NCBI GenBank assembly: GCA_024276735.1
Contig: JAJRWQ010000042.1
Location: 4,563-68,562 of the forward strand
Source of the DNA: Actinomycetes bacterium
Lineage (GTDB): Bacteria > Actinomycetota > Thermoleophilia > BMS3ABIN01
Length of the DNA stretch: 64,000 nucleotides
Direction: 5' to 3'
This document shows positions 47,056 through 57,391 of the stretch, piece by piece. The notes beneath the pieces were generated by a model. The model was not told where the DNA came from. It made no database searches and worked only from the letters and a program-made list of their open reading frames with translations. Numbering within the stretch: the stretch's first letter is position 1; each line of letters starts with the position of its first letter. Position numbers and translations under genes: made by a program.

Positions 47056-48941
47056 GATATGCCTGTTTCCCTGGTGAGGACGGGAGCGCGCCGGTAGAGC
47101 CTCAGGTCGTTTCCCGCGTAGATGAGCTCGTATTCGCTGCTGGCTTCTACCGCTTCGACAATTTTTTCCCTGCCCGTGAAGAGACGAAAGCTTTCCAGGT
47201 TGCCAGGCACCCTGTCGTCTATGATGACGTAATCTTCCTTGAGAATCTCTTCACCGAGGTCGGCCCGGTAGGGTATCTGGAAATACCCCGTCGGCGACTG
47301 GTTCTTTCCCGCGAAGACAAGCATGTATGAGGGCATGATAACAGAAGCATCTTCGGGTAGTTGGTTCAGCACCCTGAGGGCGGCATCGTAATTGTATCGT
47401 GGCTGGTAACGTTGGGGCGTGAACCAGACATGGTAGGAGCCGATACAGGTGAACAGCATCACCACCAGGAGCGCGCTCACGAGGCGTTTCCTGGAAGCGT
47501 CGTCGCCGGGCTTCAGCTTGCCGGCCAGGCGGAGAAGGCCGGAGGCGAGGGCGGCAAACAGGGGCACGATGATGATTATCGTGTTCTGGGAGTTGATGGT
47601 TATCCTGGCGCCGGTGGTAACCAGGAGGTTCTCGGCGAGGCCTGGCAAGGCCAGCAGCGACAGGGGAGAAAGCAGGGGGATTCCAAACCCGGCGGTTTGG
47701 AACAGCCCGTACACCAGGCCCAGGTTCGACTGGCTGCTGAATGCCCTGGTAACGAGGGCCCACGGGTGGGAAACGAGGTATTTTGCCAGGCCCAGCTGGC
47801 TGCCCCCGTATTCCTGGTAGACGATTTTCAGTCTTTCGAAATCACCGGCCGGGTTCGAGAGCTGGATCAGGTAGTGGGTGGCGGCGATGAACCAGGCCGC
47901 CGAGAGCAGCGCTGGAAACAGTATCCAGCGCCAGTTACGACGGTTCAGGAGGGCCAGGAGAGCCAGGGTGAAATAAAGGAGGGAGATATCCTCGCGCACG
48001 CTCATGGTCAACAGCATGAAAACCATGAATGGAACCAGGCGTCTCTTCTGAAAGAAGTAGATGCTGAAAAAGAAAGGAAGGGCAAAAAAACGCATCTCCG
48101 ACATGTCCTGGACCCCCGCGGAACCGGCGATGGTGGGGCTGGCGAGGAAGGCCAGCGCCAGCAGCAGGCTCTGCGAGGATGAGAGTCGCGTGCGCGCAAC
48201 GAGGTAGAGGGGGAAGATGGCGGCGACCATGGCTAACTGGGCGATGACGAGGATGGTTTCGTAGCGCGGCAGCAGTAAGAACAAGGGGTAGATGGCGAAG
48301 AACACCAGGTTGGCATGTACCCCCAGCAAGCTGGCGCCGTCGGCCTGGAGCACCGTCGAATACAGCAGCCCCCTCTCGTCGAAGGCGTTTTGCAGTACCT
48401 GCACCGCGAGCTCGGTATTAGGCCCCCAGTCGTGCATGTAACGGTGCATGAGAATGCTCAGGATGCTGCCGACCGCAATCCAGGTGACGGCCAACACTGT
48501 CAACGTCAGCCACGGCCGCCGGGAAACCCTTGTCAGGGGTCCGCCACCGGGACGAAGGGTGGAAATCAACAGGAAAATGAGCACGATGCCCAGCAGCACC
48601 TCGGACAGCAAAACGAACCAGTTGGGCAAGTAGTCGACTTCGGTGTTCGGAAGCGATACCAGCCGGTGCCAGAGGTAGGGAGTGCTCAGCAGCAGGGGCA
48701 GGAGCCCGGCGACGAAGGAGAGAGCGATCCAGCCGCGGTCATACGCGCCTTCCGGCCGGGCCAGGCGACGATCGACCGCGAGCCAGGCGGTGGAAAAGAC
48801 GACCGCCGCCGGAAGCGCCGCGATCATTGCCATCGCCGGTTTGCTCCCGTTCACCACCAGCGCCAAGGCCGCGGTCACGAGGGCGGAAACGAATACCAGC
48901 AGGTGGTAACGATACTGGAGGAGAGGAGAACCCGGTGTCAT
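47052..48941 (-). CDS. DUF2079-like polytopic membrane protein (possible GT-C-fold transferase)
   Basis: About 12 TM segments; LGVH, ETILV.AQ, FL.SP and SVRED pattern. Confidence 0.65.
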   Translation of the reverse strand: MTPGSPLLQYRYHLLVFVSALVTAALALVVNGSKPAMAMIAALPAAVVFSTAWLAVDRRLARPEGAYDRGWIALSFVAGLLPLLLSTPYLWHRLVSLPNTEVDYLPNWFVLLSEVLLGIVLIFLLISTLRPGGGPLTRVSRRPWLTLTVLAVTWIAVGSILSILMHRYMHDWGPNTELAVQVLQNAFDERGLLYSTVLQADGASLLGVHANLVFFAIYPLFLLLPRYETILVIAQLAMVAAIFPLYLVARTRLSSSQSLLLALAFLASPTIAGSAGVQDMSEMRFFALPFFFSIYFFQKRRLVPFMVFMLLTMSVREDISLLYFTLALLALLNRRNWRWILFPALLSAAWFIAATHYLIQLSNPAGDFERLKIVYQEYGGSQLGLAKYLVSHPWALVTRAFSSQSNLGLVYGLFQTAGFGIPLLSPLSLLALPGLAENLLVTTGARITINSQNTIIIIVPLFAALASGLLRLAGKLKPGDDASRKRLVSALLVVMLFTCIGSYHVWFTPQRYQPRYNYDAALRVLNQLPEDASVIMPSYMLVFAGKNQSPTGYFQIPYRADLGEEILKEDYVIIDDRVPGNLESFRLFTGREKIVEAVEASSEYELIYAGNDLRLYRRAPVLTRETGIS

Positions 48942-49438
48942 TGCCTGTTCCTCGAAGATGTCCCGTTGTTGGCGACGTCGGAATCGCCCACGGTATCACC
49001 GGGATAAGCATAGGTCGTCACGTATGGCCGCTGCTGGTCCTCGAGGAAAACTTCACCGTCCAGGACCAACCAGCTATGCCCGGTGATATCCCGGTCGCCA
49101 TCGCCGGTTTTCATGATACCGAAGCGTATCTCCACCGGCCAGCCCTGGCGGCGCAGAAACTTGAAAAGGGTCAGCGAGCGGAGAAAACACCTGCCGTAGC
49201 GCCTGAGCAGCTTGAACTCCAGAAGGGCATCAACCATGTTGGTTGTCTTTCGCAAACCTGCCTCGTCGGTCGCGGTGCAGGAGACCCCGGGGTCGAGGCT
49301 TTTCAGCAAACGCGGCAGGCTCTGGGAGCGAATCTTGCGTGGCAAGCCCAAGATCGTGAAGAAGATCTCGAAAAAAAGCAGGAAATCACCCGGCCTTCGG
49401 GGCTTCAATGCTGCTTTGAACAAAGTGGATTTCTTCAT
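48938..49438 (-). CDS. Lasso peptide B2-type transglutaminase-like cysteine peptidase
   Basis: C..RSL.L..FLR..G......FG.......GHSWL catalytic Cys/His pattern. Confidence 0.88.
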   Translation of the reverse strand: MKKSTLFKAALKPRRPGDFLLFFEIFFTILGLPRKIRSQSLPRLLKSLDPGVSCTATDEAGLRKTTNMVDALLEFKLLRRYGRCFLRSLTLFKFLRRQGWPVEIRFGIMKTGDGDRDITGHSWLVLDGEVFLEDQQRPYVTTYAYPGDTVGDSDVANNGTSSRNRQ

Positions 49439-49585
49439 CTCGATATGGCTGACCGGTCGTGGGAACGTTAGTGGAAGGGCAACGGCTCCCGACTTTCAAA
49501 AGGCTTCTCGATGACGGACCGACAGGGAAGCCTTGGCCCCTGTATGCCGAAAGCTCACTGAAAGGGAGAGGGTTGGGCGGGCCGT

Positions 49586-49900
49586 TTAAAGGTCTTCTTT
49601 GGACTGCGCCTCGTCCAGCGGAGACTCGGCGGTCCTGACCAGCCCTTCACTGACCAGCTGTTCCGCCAGTTCCATGATGTCCTTCTCGGCCACTTCCCGG
49701 GAGATCTCGAACTCCTGGGTGATCAATGACGCGAGGTCGGCGATGCTCTTGCTGCCATCCGCCAGTACCCACAGGCGGGACCCCACCTTGTTCAGGCTGT
49801 AATAGTCGCCGCGCTCGATGTGCAGCAGCACTGCATCTTCGCCCATGGACGTGAAAAGCACGTCCTCTTCCTTTATCAGGTAGTGGTCTCTCTTTATCAT
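49586..49900 (-). CDS. PqqD-family RiPP recognition element (lasso B1)
   Basis: VLL....G.YYSLN.VG..LW..DG......L...I..EF.I......D...L...L...GL. Confidence 0.92.
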   Translation of the reverse strand: MIKRDHYLIKEEDVLFTSMGEDAVLLHIERGDYYSLNKVGSRLWVLADGSKSIADLASLITQEFEISREVAEKDIMELAEQLVSEGLVRTAESPLDEAQSKEDL

Positions 49901-49929
49901 ACCAACCTCTCCAAGTTCGGCCTCGAGGA

Positions 49930-50988
49930 TTAATTATCGCCGTCTGCGGCCACGCTGTCCAGCAATTTTCTCACCGTGCGCTCCAATTCCTGCTGATCGC
50001 TCCCGGAAAGGAGGCGGAAACTGCTGGCTTGCCGGGCCAGCTGCGAGAGCACCTGGAAGTGCCTGCCGGTGGTAGCGGGATCCATGAAGAAGAAGCCGTA
50101 CCGCAGCGATTCCGAGAGCGCCTCCGTCGGCTTCATGGGCTCCGCTTCCGTTTCGGCGGCGTTGCCGATGCGGGGGAAGATCATCACCGCCGGCTTGGCG
50201 GCCGTCTCCAGGCAGCCGGGGTAGAGCTCTTCCACGTCGAAGGAGGATTTCCGCCGCAGCTCGTTTTCGTTGAAACTCTCGACCCGCGACAGCTCCGGCA
50301 GCAGCTCGATGGTCTCCTTGCGCACGTTTATCTCCTCGGGGAACGACAGGGCTTCCACCTCGCCGTCCTGCTCCCGGAGGAATACCGTATCATCGCTGAG
50401 CAGGCCGAAGCCACTCCGGAGCAGGTTCAGCGACAGGGTCGACTTGCCGCTGCCGCTCCTGCCCAGGAAGAGGGACGCCTTGCCATCACGCACCAACCCC
50501 GCCGCGTGCAGGGGAAACAGGCCGTTCATCTTCAGCAGCTGCGCCCAAAGCGGATAGAAACACAGGTTGGTGACCAGCCAATCCGATTCCAGCAGGTTCC
50601 TGGCGGCGAAGCCGGCCGCCGTGCACTGCTCCACATCCGCGGTCACCCGGGCCCCCCGTTCCACCACCAGGAAACGGCAGGCATGCCGGTGGTAGACCTT
50701 GAGGGCCCCCCAGTCGTAGAGCAGCGATGCCTCGGGAACGGGGGACATTTCCTCGGCGAGGTCGTCGACGAAAAAGAGGTGAAAGTCGATATCGACCTCG
50801 GCCAGGGGCGCAACGGCGAACGGTTCCAGGAAGGTGGCCAGGGCTTCGGCAGCGCGGGGATCGTTGGTGGTAGCGCGGGTGGTGATGCCGTGAACATCGA
50901 AGGTGTTCACCACCAGGTCGGCACCGCATCTCTTTTTTCCCAGCCGTACCTGCTCGGCCCCGGCGTCGGGGTGGCAATCTTTCGTCAT
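49930..50988 (-). CDS. HprK-related kinase (PadeK-like); start uncertain
   Basis: PLHAAGL, Walker A GRSGSGKSTL and LLSDD motifs. Confidence 0.85.
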   Translation of the reverse strand: MTKDCHPDAGAEQVRLGKKRCGADLVVNTFDVHGITTRATTNDPRAAEALATFLEPFAVAPLAEVDIDFHLFFVDDLAEEMSPVPEASLLYDWGALKVYHRHACRFLVVERGARVTADVEQCTAAGFAARNLLESDWLVTNLCFYPLWAQLLKMNGLFPLHAAGLVRDGKASLFLGRSGSGKSTLSLNLLRSGFGLLSDDTVFLREQDGEVEALSFPEEINVRKETIELLPELSRVESFNENELRRKSSFDVEELYPGCLETAAKPAVMIFPRIGNAAETEAEPMKPTEALSESLRYGFFFMDPATTGRHFQVLSQLARQASSFRLLSGSDQQELERTVRKLLDSVAADGDN

Positions 50989-51083
50989 GCTGGAGCAATC
51001 GGTTTTGCGGATGGCACCGCGGATCATCTGTCATAATAACACAGGAAGTGGATCGCATTTCACCTGCAGGGTGGAGAAAGCGT

Positions 51084-52187
51084 ATGAAAAGAGTGAGTCA
51101 CCTGTACGTGCACGTTCCTTTCTGCCGCCGGCGCTGTCACTACTGCGATTTCTACTCGGTGGCGGGCCGCCTGGAGCTAGCGCCGCGGTACGTGCGCGCC
51201 CTGCCCGGGGAGGCCGCGGGACACGGTGCGCTCTTGCAGGGCGTGGAGACGATATACATCGGCGGCGGTACCCCTTCCCTTCTGGGGCCGGAGCTGCTCC
51301 ACGGGCTGCTGGAGGGGCTGACGCCATTGGCAGCGTCCGCGGCGGAGGTGAGCGTCGAGGTCAATCCGGGCTCGCTGGATGCCGCCACGGCGGCGGCAAT
51401 GGCCGCGGGCGGAGTCACTCGTGTCACCATGGGGGTACAGAGTTTATCATCCCGGCTGAGGCACAACCTCGGGCGCCGGGGCAGCGCCGACGCCGCGAGG
51501 GCGGCGATGGGGGTGCTCAGGGAGGCTGGCTTCGACAACGTCGGACTGGACATGATCTTTGCCATCCCCGGCCAGGAGCGCGAGCTGCTGGAGCGCGACA
51601 TCGAGTCCGTGCTGGAACTGGAGCCGGAGCACATCTCGTATTACGAGCTGACGGTGGCCCCCGAAAGCGATTTCGCCCGCCGCCACCGGGCGGCGCTCGC
51701 GCGGGTGCGGCAGCGGTCGGCCGACGATTACGCCCTGGTGGTGGAACGGCTGGAGGCCGCCGGCTTCCACTGGTATGAAACCAGCAATTGCGCACGCCCG
51801 GGGTACGAGAGCCGGCACAACCTCGCCTACTGGCAGGGACGTGATTACCTAGGCCTCGGCGCCGGCGCCTGGAGCACCGTTGCCGGCGAGCGCTGGCAGA
51901 ACCGGCCGGACCTGGATGCCTACATCAGTTGCCGCGGCGAGCCGGCGAGGCTGCGGAGATACGAACGGCTCACCGGGAGGCAGCAGCTGGTGGAGAGGCT
52001 GATGCTGGGGCTGAGAACCTCCCGGGGCGTTCCCAGGGAGCTGGTGGCGGGAATTGTCGATGGGACGCGGGAGGCGGAGCTGGTGCAGGCAGGTTTCCTC
52101 GAGGCGGCGGATGACCGGTACACCCTCACGCGCAAGGGAAGGTTCGTGGGCAACGAGGTGACGGCGGCCCTGGTGGCGGAGCCGTAA
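51084..52187 (+). CDS. hemW: Radical SAM heme chaperone
   Basis: LYVHVPFC...C.YCDF, GGGTPS and HNLAYW motifs. Confidence 0.92.
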   Translation: MKRVSHLYVHVPFCRRRCHYCDFYSVAGRLELAPRYVRALPGEAAGHGALLQGVETIYIGGGTPSLLGPELLHGLLEGLTPLAASAAEVSVEVNPGSLDAATAAAMAAGGVTRVTMGVQSLSSRLRHNLGRRGSADAARAAMGVLREAGFDNVGLDMIFAIPGQERELLERDIESVLELEPEHISYYELTVAPESDFARRHRAALARVRQRSADDYALVVERLEAAGFHWYETSNCARPGYESRHNLAYWQGRDYLGLGAGAWSTVAGERWQNRPDLDAYISCRGEPARLRRYERLTGRQQLVERLMLGLRTSRGVPRELVAGIVDGTREAELVQAGFLEAADDRYTLTRKGRFVGNEVTAALVAEP

Positions 52188-52339
52188 GCGGCCGGCGGCG
52201 GCCTGCAGGCTAATGGAAATTTCACCATCGTGCTAGAATAATAACGGTCGCCGGCAGCACTGCTGCTGGTCCTCCAGGGTCGGGGCCCGGCAGCGACGGT
52301 CCCGGTCCGCTAGCGAAAGCCGTAACCGCACCTCCCATC

Positions 52340-53359
52340 TTGAAAGAACTTACACCCAGACAAGCCGAGATACTGAGGCAGGTCACCCGGCTCTACATCG
52401 CCACCGGCAGGCCGGTGGGGTCGAAGAGCCTGCGCCGTGAATGCGGTTTCTCCGTTTCCGCCTCCACCATCCGCAGCGAGCTGGCGCGGCTTGAGGAGAT
52501 GGGGTACCTGGATCACCCGCACACTTCCGCGGGCAGGGTGCCCACCGACCACGGCTACCGGTTCTACGTCGACAGCTCGGGCGCCGGCGAAGGCCGCCGG
52601 GCCCGCTGCGAGATCGAGCCGCAGGCACTGGGTGACGAGATCGGCGATGCCATCAGGTACGCCGCCGCCCTGCTGGCACGCACCACCGGCTTCCTGGCGA
52701 TGGTTTCCTCGCCGGAGCAGGGGGATATCACCATCAGGCACGTGGAGGTGCTGCAGCTGCAGCCCGACCTGGTGACGGTGGTGGTGATCACCGGCTCCGG
52801 GGGGGTGGCGCGCAAGCTCTTCGTCTTCGACGAGCCGGTGGACCCCGGACTGGTGAACTGGGCCCGCGGTTACCTCAACGATGCCGTGACCGGCCTCTAC
52901 CTGGGCAGCCGCCTGCTCAGGCTGCGGCTGGCGGAGGCGGACCTGGGGCCGCGCGAGCGGGAATTCATCGATGCCATCTCGCCCGCGCTGCTGGAGTCCC
53001 CGGCCGGCCAGGGGGAAAACCTGGTGATGGAAGGGGCGCCGGCGCTGCTGGCACGCCTGGAGGCGGAGAACGGCTTCCGGGCCCGCGACCTGGTGGAGAT
53101 GCTGGAGCGGCAGGACGAGCTGCTGGCGATCCTGCGCTCGGCGCTGGTGGAGTACCGTGTCTACCTGCGCATCGGCAGCGAGCTGCCGGCGGCGGCCATG
53201 CAGCGCTGCAGCCTGGTGGCGGCCAACTACGGGCTCGCCCATCGCAACCTGGGTACGGTGGGGGTGCTGGGGCCGCGGCGCATGGACTACCCGGCGGTGA
53301 TCGGCAGCGTGGAGGCGACGGCGCGTTGCCTGAGCGAGTTCATCGAGGAGATATACTGA
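52340..53359 (+). CDS. hrcA: Heat-inducible transcription repressor
   Basis: PVGSK, S.STIR.E, PHTSAGRVPT..GYR and GP.RMDY motifs. Confidence 0.96.
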   Translation: MKELTPRQAEILRQVTRLYIATGRPVGSKSLRRECGFSVSASTIRSELARLEEMGYLDHPHTSAGRVPTDHGYRFYVDSSGAGEGRRARCEIEPQALGDEIGDAIRYAAALLARTTGFLAMVSSPEQGDITIRHVEVLQLQPDLVTVVVITGSGGVARKLFVFDEPVDPGLVNWARGYLNDAVTGLYLGSRLLRLRLAEADLGPREREFIDAISPALLESPAGQGENLVMEGAPALLARLEAENGFRARDLVEMLERQDELLAILRSALVEYRVYLRIGSELPAAAMQRCSLVAANYGLAHRNLGTVGVLGPRRMDYPAVIGSVEATARCLSEFIEEIY

Positions 53360-53434
53360 GGCGGGAAGGCGGCGGCTTTCACCGCCGCCGGGCCGTTGCT
53401 GTTGCAGACAGTCGACGGAGGATGATGACGGGCG

Positions 53435-54556
53435 ATGAAGAGAGACTACTACGAGGTTCTGGGTGTCAGCCGCTCCGCGAGCGGGGCAGAGATCAAGAAG
53501 GCCTTCCGCCGCCGGGCGCGCGAGCTGCATCCCGACGTCAACAAGGACGACCCTGACGCCGAGGCCAAGTTCAAGGAGCTGGCAGAGGCCTACGAGTGCC
53601 TGTCCAATCCCGAGACCCGCGCCACCTACGACCGCTACGGTTTCGAGGGCCTCAGGCGCGGCGGGTTCCAGGATTTCTCCCACGTCTCCTTCGAGGACAT
53701 CATCCGCTCCTTCTTCGGCGAGGGTATTTTCGGCGAGGGATTCTTCTCCGGCGGCTCCCGGCGCAGCCGGGGCGCCGACGTGGCGGTGGAGGTGGAGATT
53801 TCCCTGGAGGAAGCCGCTGCCGGAGTACAGCGGGAGGTGGAGTATTCCGTGGTCGGTGACTGCGAGAACTGCGGCGGCAGCGGCGCTGCTCCCGGCAGCT
53901 CCCGCCGTACCTGCCCCACCTGCGGCGGCGGCGGCGTGGTGCGCACGGTGACCCGTTCGGCGTTCGGGCAATTCGTGCGCACGGGGGCATGCCATGCCTG
54001 CGGCGGCGCCGGCAGCGTGGTCGACGAGCCCTGCAGCGAGTGCTCCGGCACCGGCGCCGTGCAGACGCAGCGGCGGCTGGCGGTGGATATCCCGCCCGGC
54101 ATCGACGACGGGCAGAGGATCCGCGTCACCGGCATGGGCAGCCGCGGCGAGGGCAACGGCCCCAGCGGCGATCTCTACGTCCAGGTGCGGGTGGCGGAGC
54201 ACGAGCAGCTGGTGCGCGACGGCGACGATCTCGTCTACCACCAGCCGCTGACCATCGTCGACGCCGCCCTGGGCACCACCGTCAGCATTCCCACCATCGA
54301 CGGCGAGATGGAGCTGGACGTGGCGCCCGGGACCCAGTTCGGGGAAGTGAAGACGATCCGGGGCAAGGGAATGCCCCGCCTGCGCGGGCGGGGGAGGGGT
54401 GACCTGAAGGTGGTAATGGACGTGATCGTGCCCCGCAATCTCAACCGGGAGCAGCGGGAACTCTTGAAGAAGTTCGAGGAGACCACCAGCGAGAAGAACT
54501 ACAACGGCGGGGAAGGCTTCTTCGAGAGGATCAAGGCTGCTTTCAGCCACCGCTGA
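53435..54556 (+). CDS. dnaJ: Chaperone DnaJ
   Basis: J domain with HPD; four CxxCxGxG repeats. Confidence 0.97.
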   Translation: MKRDYYEVLGVSRSASGAEIKKAFRRRARELHPDVNKDDPDAEAKFKELAEAYECLSNPETRATYDRYGFEGLRRGGFQDFSHVSFEDIIRSFFGEGIFGEGFFSGGSRRSRGADVAVEVEISLEEAAAGVQREVEYSVVGDCENCGGSGAAPGSSRRTCPTCGGGGVVRTVTRSAFGQFVRTGACHACGGAGSVVDEPCSECSGTGAVQTQRRLAVDIPPGIDDGQRIRVTGMGSRGEGNGPSGDLYVQVRVAEHEQLVRDGDDLVYHQPLTIVDAALGTTVSIPTIDGEMELDVAPGTQFGEVKTIRGKGMPRLRGRGRGDLKVVMDVIVPRNLNREQRELLKKFEETTSEKNYNGGEGFFERIKAAFSHR

Positions 54557-54590
54557 CCGGGGCGGCGCCACCGGGGTGGGGTTCGACGGC

Positions 54591-55313
54591 ATGAAGCACG
54601 TACACCGTTTCTTCGTATCCAGGCCGCTGAGCACGGGTGAAAAGGTGCGCCTGGAGGAGGGCGATTCCTTCCATGCCGTCCGCGTCCTGCGCCTGCGCTC
54701 CGGGGAGGCGATCGAGCTGGCGGATTCCCGGGGGCACGTCTTCAGCGCCCGGGTGATCCACGCGGACGGCGTCCTGGAGGCCCTGGCCGGCGGCGAGCTC
54801 GCCCGGCAGCCGCAGGTGGAGCTCACCGTGGACCAGGCGATTCCCCGGGGCCGCAGGATGGACCTGGTGGTGGAGAAGCTGAGCGAGCTGGGGGTTACCC
54901 GCCTGGTGCCGCTGCACACGCGGAAGACGGTGGTGCGGCCGCCGGCGGGCAAGGCCCGGCTGGAGCGCTGGCGGCGCATCGCCCGGGAGGCGGCCAAGCA
55001 GTCGCGGCGCGACGGGGTGATGGAGATCGGCCGGCCCCGGCGGCTGGAGGAATGGCTCCCGGAGCAGGGCGACGGGCTGGTGACGCTGGTGACCGAGGTG
55101 CCGGCCGAGCCCCTGGGAGAGGTAGCGGCGTCGCTGGCGGATGCTCCCTGCCTGCTCGTGGGCCCCGAGGCCGGCTTCGAGGAAGACGAGATCGAGCTGC
55201 TTGGGCGCGCGGGATCGCGTTTTGCCGCCCTCGGGCCGCTGCTGCTGCGCAGCGAGACCGCGGCCGTGGTGGCGGCGGCGATCGTGATGCATCGGTTGGG
55301 AATCGTCGGCTGA
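54591..55313 (+). CDS. rsmE: 16S rRNA m3U1498 methyltransferase
   Basis: H..RVLR, K.SELGV, GPEAGF and LRSETA motifs. Confidence 0.93.
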   Translation: MKHVHRFFVSRPLSTGEKVRLEEGDSFHAVRVLRLRSGEAIELADSRGHVFSARVIHADGVLEALAGGELARQPQVELTVDQAIPRGRRMDLVVEKLSELGVTRLVPLHTRKTVVRPPAGKARLERWRRIAREAAKQSRRDGVMEIGRPRRLEEWLPEQGDGLVTLVTEVPAEPLGEVAASLADAPCLLVGPEAGFEEDEIELLGRAGSRFAALGPLLLRSETAAVVAAAIVMHRLGIVG

Positions 55314-55343
55314 TGATTTGTGATTCGACCAGCGACTGGTGAG

Positions 55344-56576
55344 ATGAGGGAAGAAGAGACGGGAAACGGGGCCGGCGGGCGAGGAGGAGACGCGCCCCGG
55401 GTGCGTTTCCTCGGCTGCAAGGTCAATTTCGCCGATACCCACGAGCTGGCGGCGAAGCTGGCGGCCGCCGGCGGCACGGCGGCGGTGGTGGGTACCTGCT
55501 GCGTGACGGTCGCGGCGGAGAAGCAGTCACGCAAGGAGGTGCGGCGGGCCCTGCGGGACAGCGGGGACGGCGCGGTGGTGGTCACCGGCTGCGCGGCGCG
55601 GCGTGACCCCTCTGCCTTCGAGTCCCTGGGAGCCGGCGTCACCGTTATCGACGGCCCCGGCGGCGATGGCGCCAGCGCGGCCGCCGGCGGCCGCCGGCGG
55701 GGGTTTCTCAAGGTCCAGGACGGCTGCGGCGGCACCTGTACCTATTGCATCATCCCCCGGGTGAGGGGAGGGCCGCGAAGCATCCCGGCACCGGTGCTGG
55801 AGCAGCGGGCGCGCGAGCTGGTGGATGGCGGTTGCCTGGAGCTGGTGGTGACCGGCATCGACGTGGGCGCCTACGACTGGCACGGGACGCGGCTGCCGCA
55901 GCTGCTGGTGCGGCTCCTGAAGACGCCGGGGCTGTTGCGGCTGCGGCTCAGCTCCATCGAGGTTGGGGCGATCGACGACCGGCTGCTGGCGGTGCTTGCC
56001 GGCGACGCCCGTGTCGGCCGGCACCTGCACGTTCCCCTCCAGAGCGGCGACGACGCGGTGCTCGCCGCCATGGGGCGCGGCTACGATGCCGCGACGTTCC
56101 TGCGGGTGCTCTCGGAGGTGCGCGAGGCGCTCCCGGGGGTGAACCTCACCACCGACGTGATCACCGGCTTTCCCGGGGAGGACGAGGCCGCCTTCGGGCA
56201 CACGCTGTCCGTGGTGGAAGAGGCGGGCTTCTCCAAGGTGCACGTTTTTCCCTATTCCCCCCGGGAAGGGACGGCGGCAGCCGCCGCCGGGGACGTGGCG
56301 GCGGCGGTGAAGAAGGAGCGCAGCCGGCGCCTGCGGCAGCTCTCGCGGCGGCTGGGGGAGGAGCATCGCCGCAGGAAACTGGGAGCGGTGAGCGAAGTTT
56401 TGCTGGAGTCGGAGATTTCGCCGGGAGTGTTCGCCGGTTACAGCTCCGACTACACCCGTTTCCACGTGGCCGGCGCCGGCGACGGCCCGCTGGTCGAGGT
56501 CAGGGGCCGGTGCCTGGAAGGCGAAAAGGTCGTGGGAGAGGTGATAGGCGGTGAGCAGCCGCTGCCTGTTCTGTGA
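55344..56576 (+). CDS. mtaB: tRNA methylthiotransferase (MtaB-type radical SAM)
   Basis: LGCKVN, CCVT, KVQDGC...C.YC, GFPGE and HVFPYSPR motifs. Confidence 0.88.
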   Translation: MREEETGNGAGGRGGDAPRVRFLGCKVNFADTHELAAKLAAAGGTAAVVGTCCVTVAAEKQSRKEVRRALRDSGDGAVVVTGCAARRDPSAFESLGAGVTVIDGPGGDGASAAAGGRRRGFLKVQDGCGGTCTYCIIPRVRGGPRSIPAPVLEQRARELVDGGCLELVVTGIDVGAYDWHGTRLPQLLVRLLKTPGLLRLRLSSIEVGAIDDRLLAVLAGDARVGRHLHVPLQSGDDAVLAAMGRGYDAATFLRVLSEVREALPGVNLTTDVITGFPGEDEAAFGHTLSVVEEAGFSKVHVFPYSPREGTAAAAAGDVAAAVKKERSRRLRQLSRRLGEEHRRRKLGAVSEVLLESEISPGVFAGYSSDYTRFHVAGAGDGPLVEVRGRCLEGEKVVGEVIGGEQPLPVL

Positions 56577-56907
56577 CATAGTGGCGGGAAGGAGCGGGGC
56601 GGGGGTCATCCTCGCCGACGACGAGTTCGTGGCCATCCACGACAAGTACCCCAAGGCGCCGGTGCACGCCCTGGTGATACCGCGGCGGCACCTGGTCTCG
56701 CTGGCCGAGATCGGCGACCTGGACGCGGGCTACTGCCAGCGCATGCTGGAGTTCGTGCTGGCAACCGCCCGCGAACTGGGGGTGTCGGACCCCGGCTACC
56801 GGGTAATAACCAACGTAGGCCGGGGCGGGGGACAGGTCATCTTCCATCTTCACTGGCACCTGCTGGCGGGAAGGTCGGTGGGATTCGACATCGAGGAGGA
56901 ACTGTGA
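56551..56907 (+). CDS. HIT-family nucleotide-binding protein
   Basis: CLFC, P.AP.H.LVIP and GQ.IFHLHWH motifs. Confidence 0.92.
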   Translation: MSSRCLFCDIVAGRSGAGVILADDEFVAIHDKYPKAPVHALVIPRRHLVSLAEIGDLDAGYCQRMLEFVLATARELGVSDPGYRVITNVGRGGGQVIFHLHWHLLAGRSVGFDIEEEL

Positions 56908-57359
56908 GCATCACCGGTCGCATCAAGGAGGACATGACGGCGGCGATGAAGGCGGGCGACCGCGAGCGTGCCGCGGCCCTGAGAATGATACTCAGCGGCC
57001 TGCAGCTGGCTGCTAAGGAGGCCGACGGGGAGTTCGGCGAGGCGGAAGAGGCGAAGGTGCTCGCCGCCGAGAAGAAGCGCCGCCTGCAGGCGGCGGAGGC
57101 GTTCCGCGAGGGGGGCCGCGAGGAGCGGGCCGCCGCCGAGGAGGAAGAGGCGCGCCTCATCGAGGAATACCTGCCGCAGCAGCTGAGCGAGGCCGAGCTG
57201 GGCGAGATCGTCGATGCCGTGATCGCCGATACCGGCGCCGCCGGCATGAAGGACATGGGACGGGTGATGTCGGAGGTGATGGCGCGCGCCGCCGGCCGCG
57301 CCGACGGCAAGGCGGCCAGCGAGATGGTGCGCAGCCGCCTGGCCGGTGGTGGGAGCTGA
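56904..57359 (+). CDS. GatB/YqeY domain protein
   Basis: DM..AMK, YLPQQL and DMGRVM...ADGK motifs. Confidence 0.92.
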   Translation: MSITGRIKEDMTAAMKAGDRERAAALRMILSGLQLAAKEADGEFGEAEEAKVLAAEKKRRLQAAEAFREGGREERAAAEEEEARLIEEYLPQQLSEAELGEIVDAVIADTGAAGMKDMGRVMSEVMARAAGRADGKAASEMVRSRLAGGGS

Positions 57360-57391
57360 CGGCGGGCGTCCCAGGGAAGGCGGTCGAGGCG

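Noticed and set aside
49439..49585. Lasso precursor peptide in the PqqD-B2 spacer
   Set aside because: Minus-strand frames give only ORFs with no RBS, no YxxP leader and no T-x-G core junction
52188..52339. CIRCE operator upstream of hrcA
   Set aside because: Only half-like words (GTGCTAG, CAGCACT); no TTAGCACTC-N9-GAGTGCTAA
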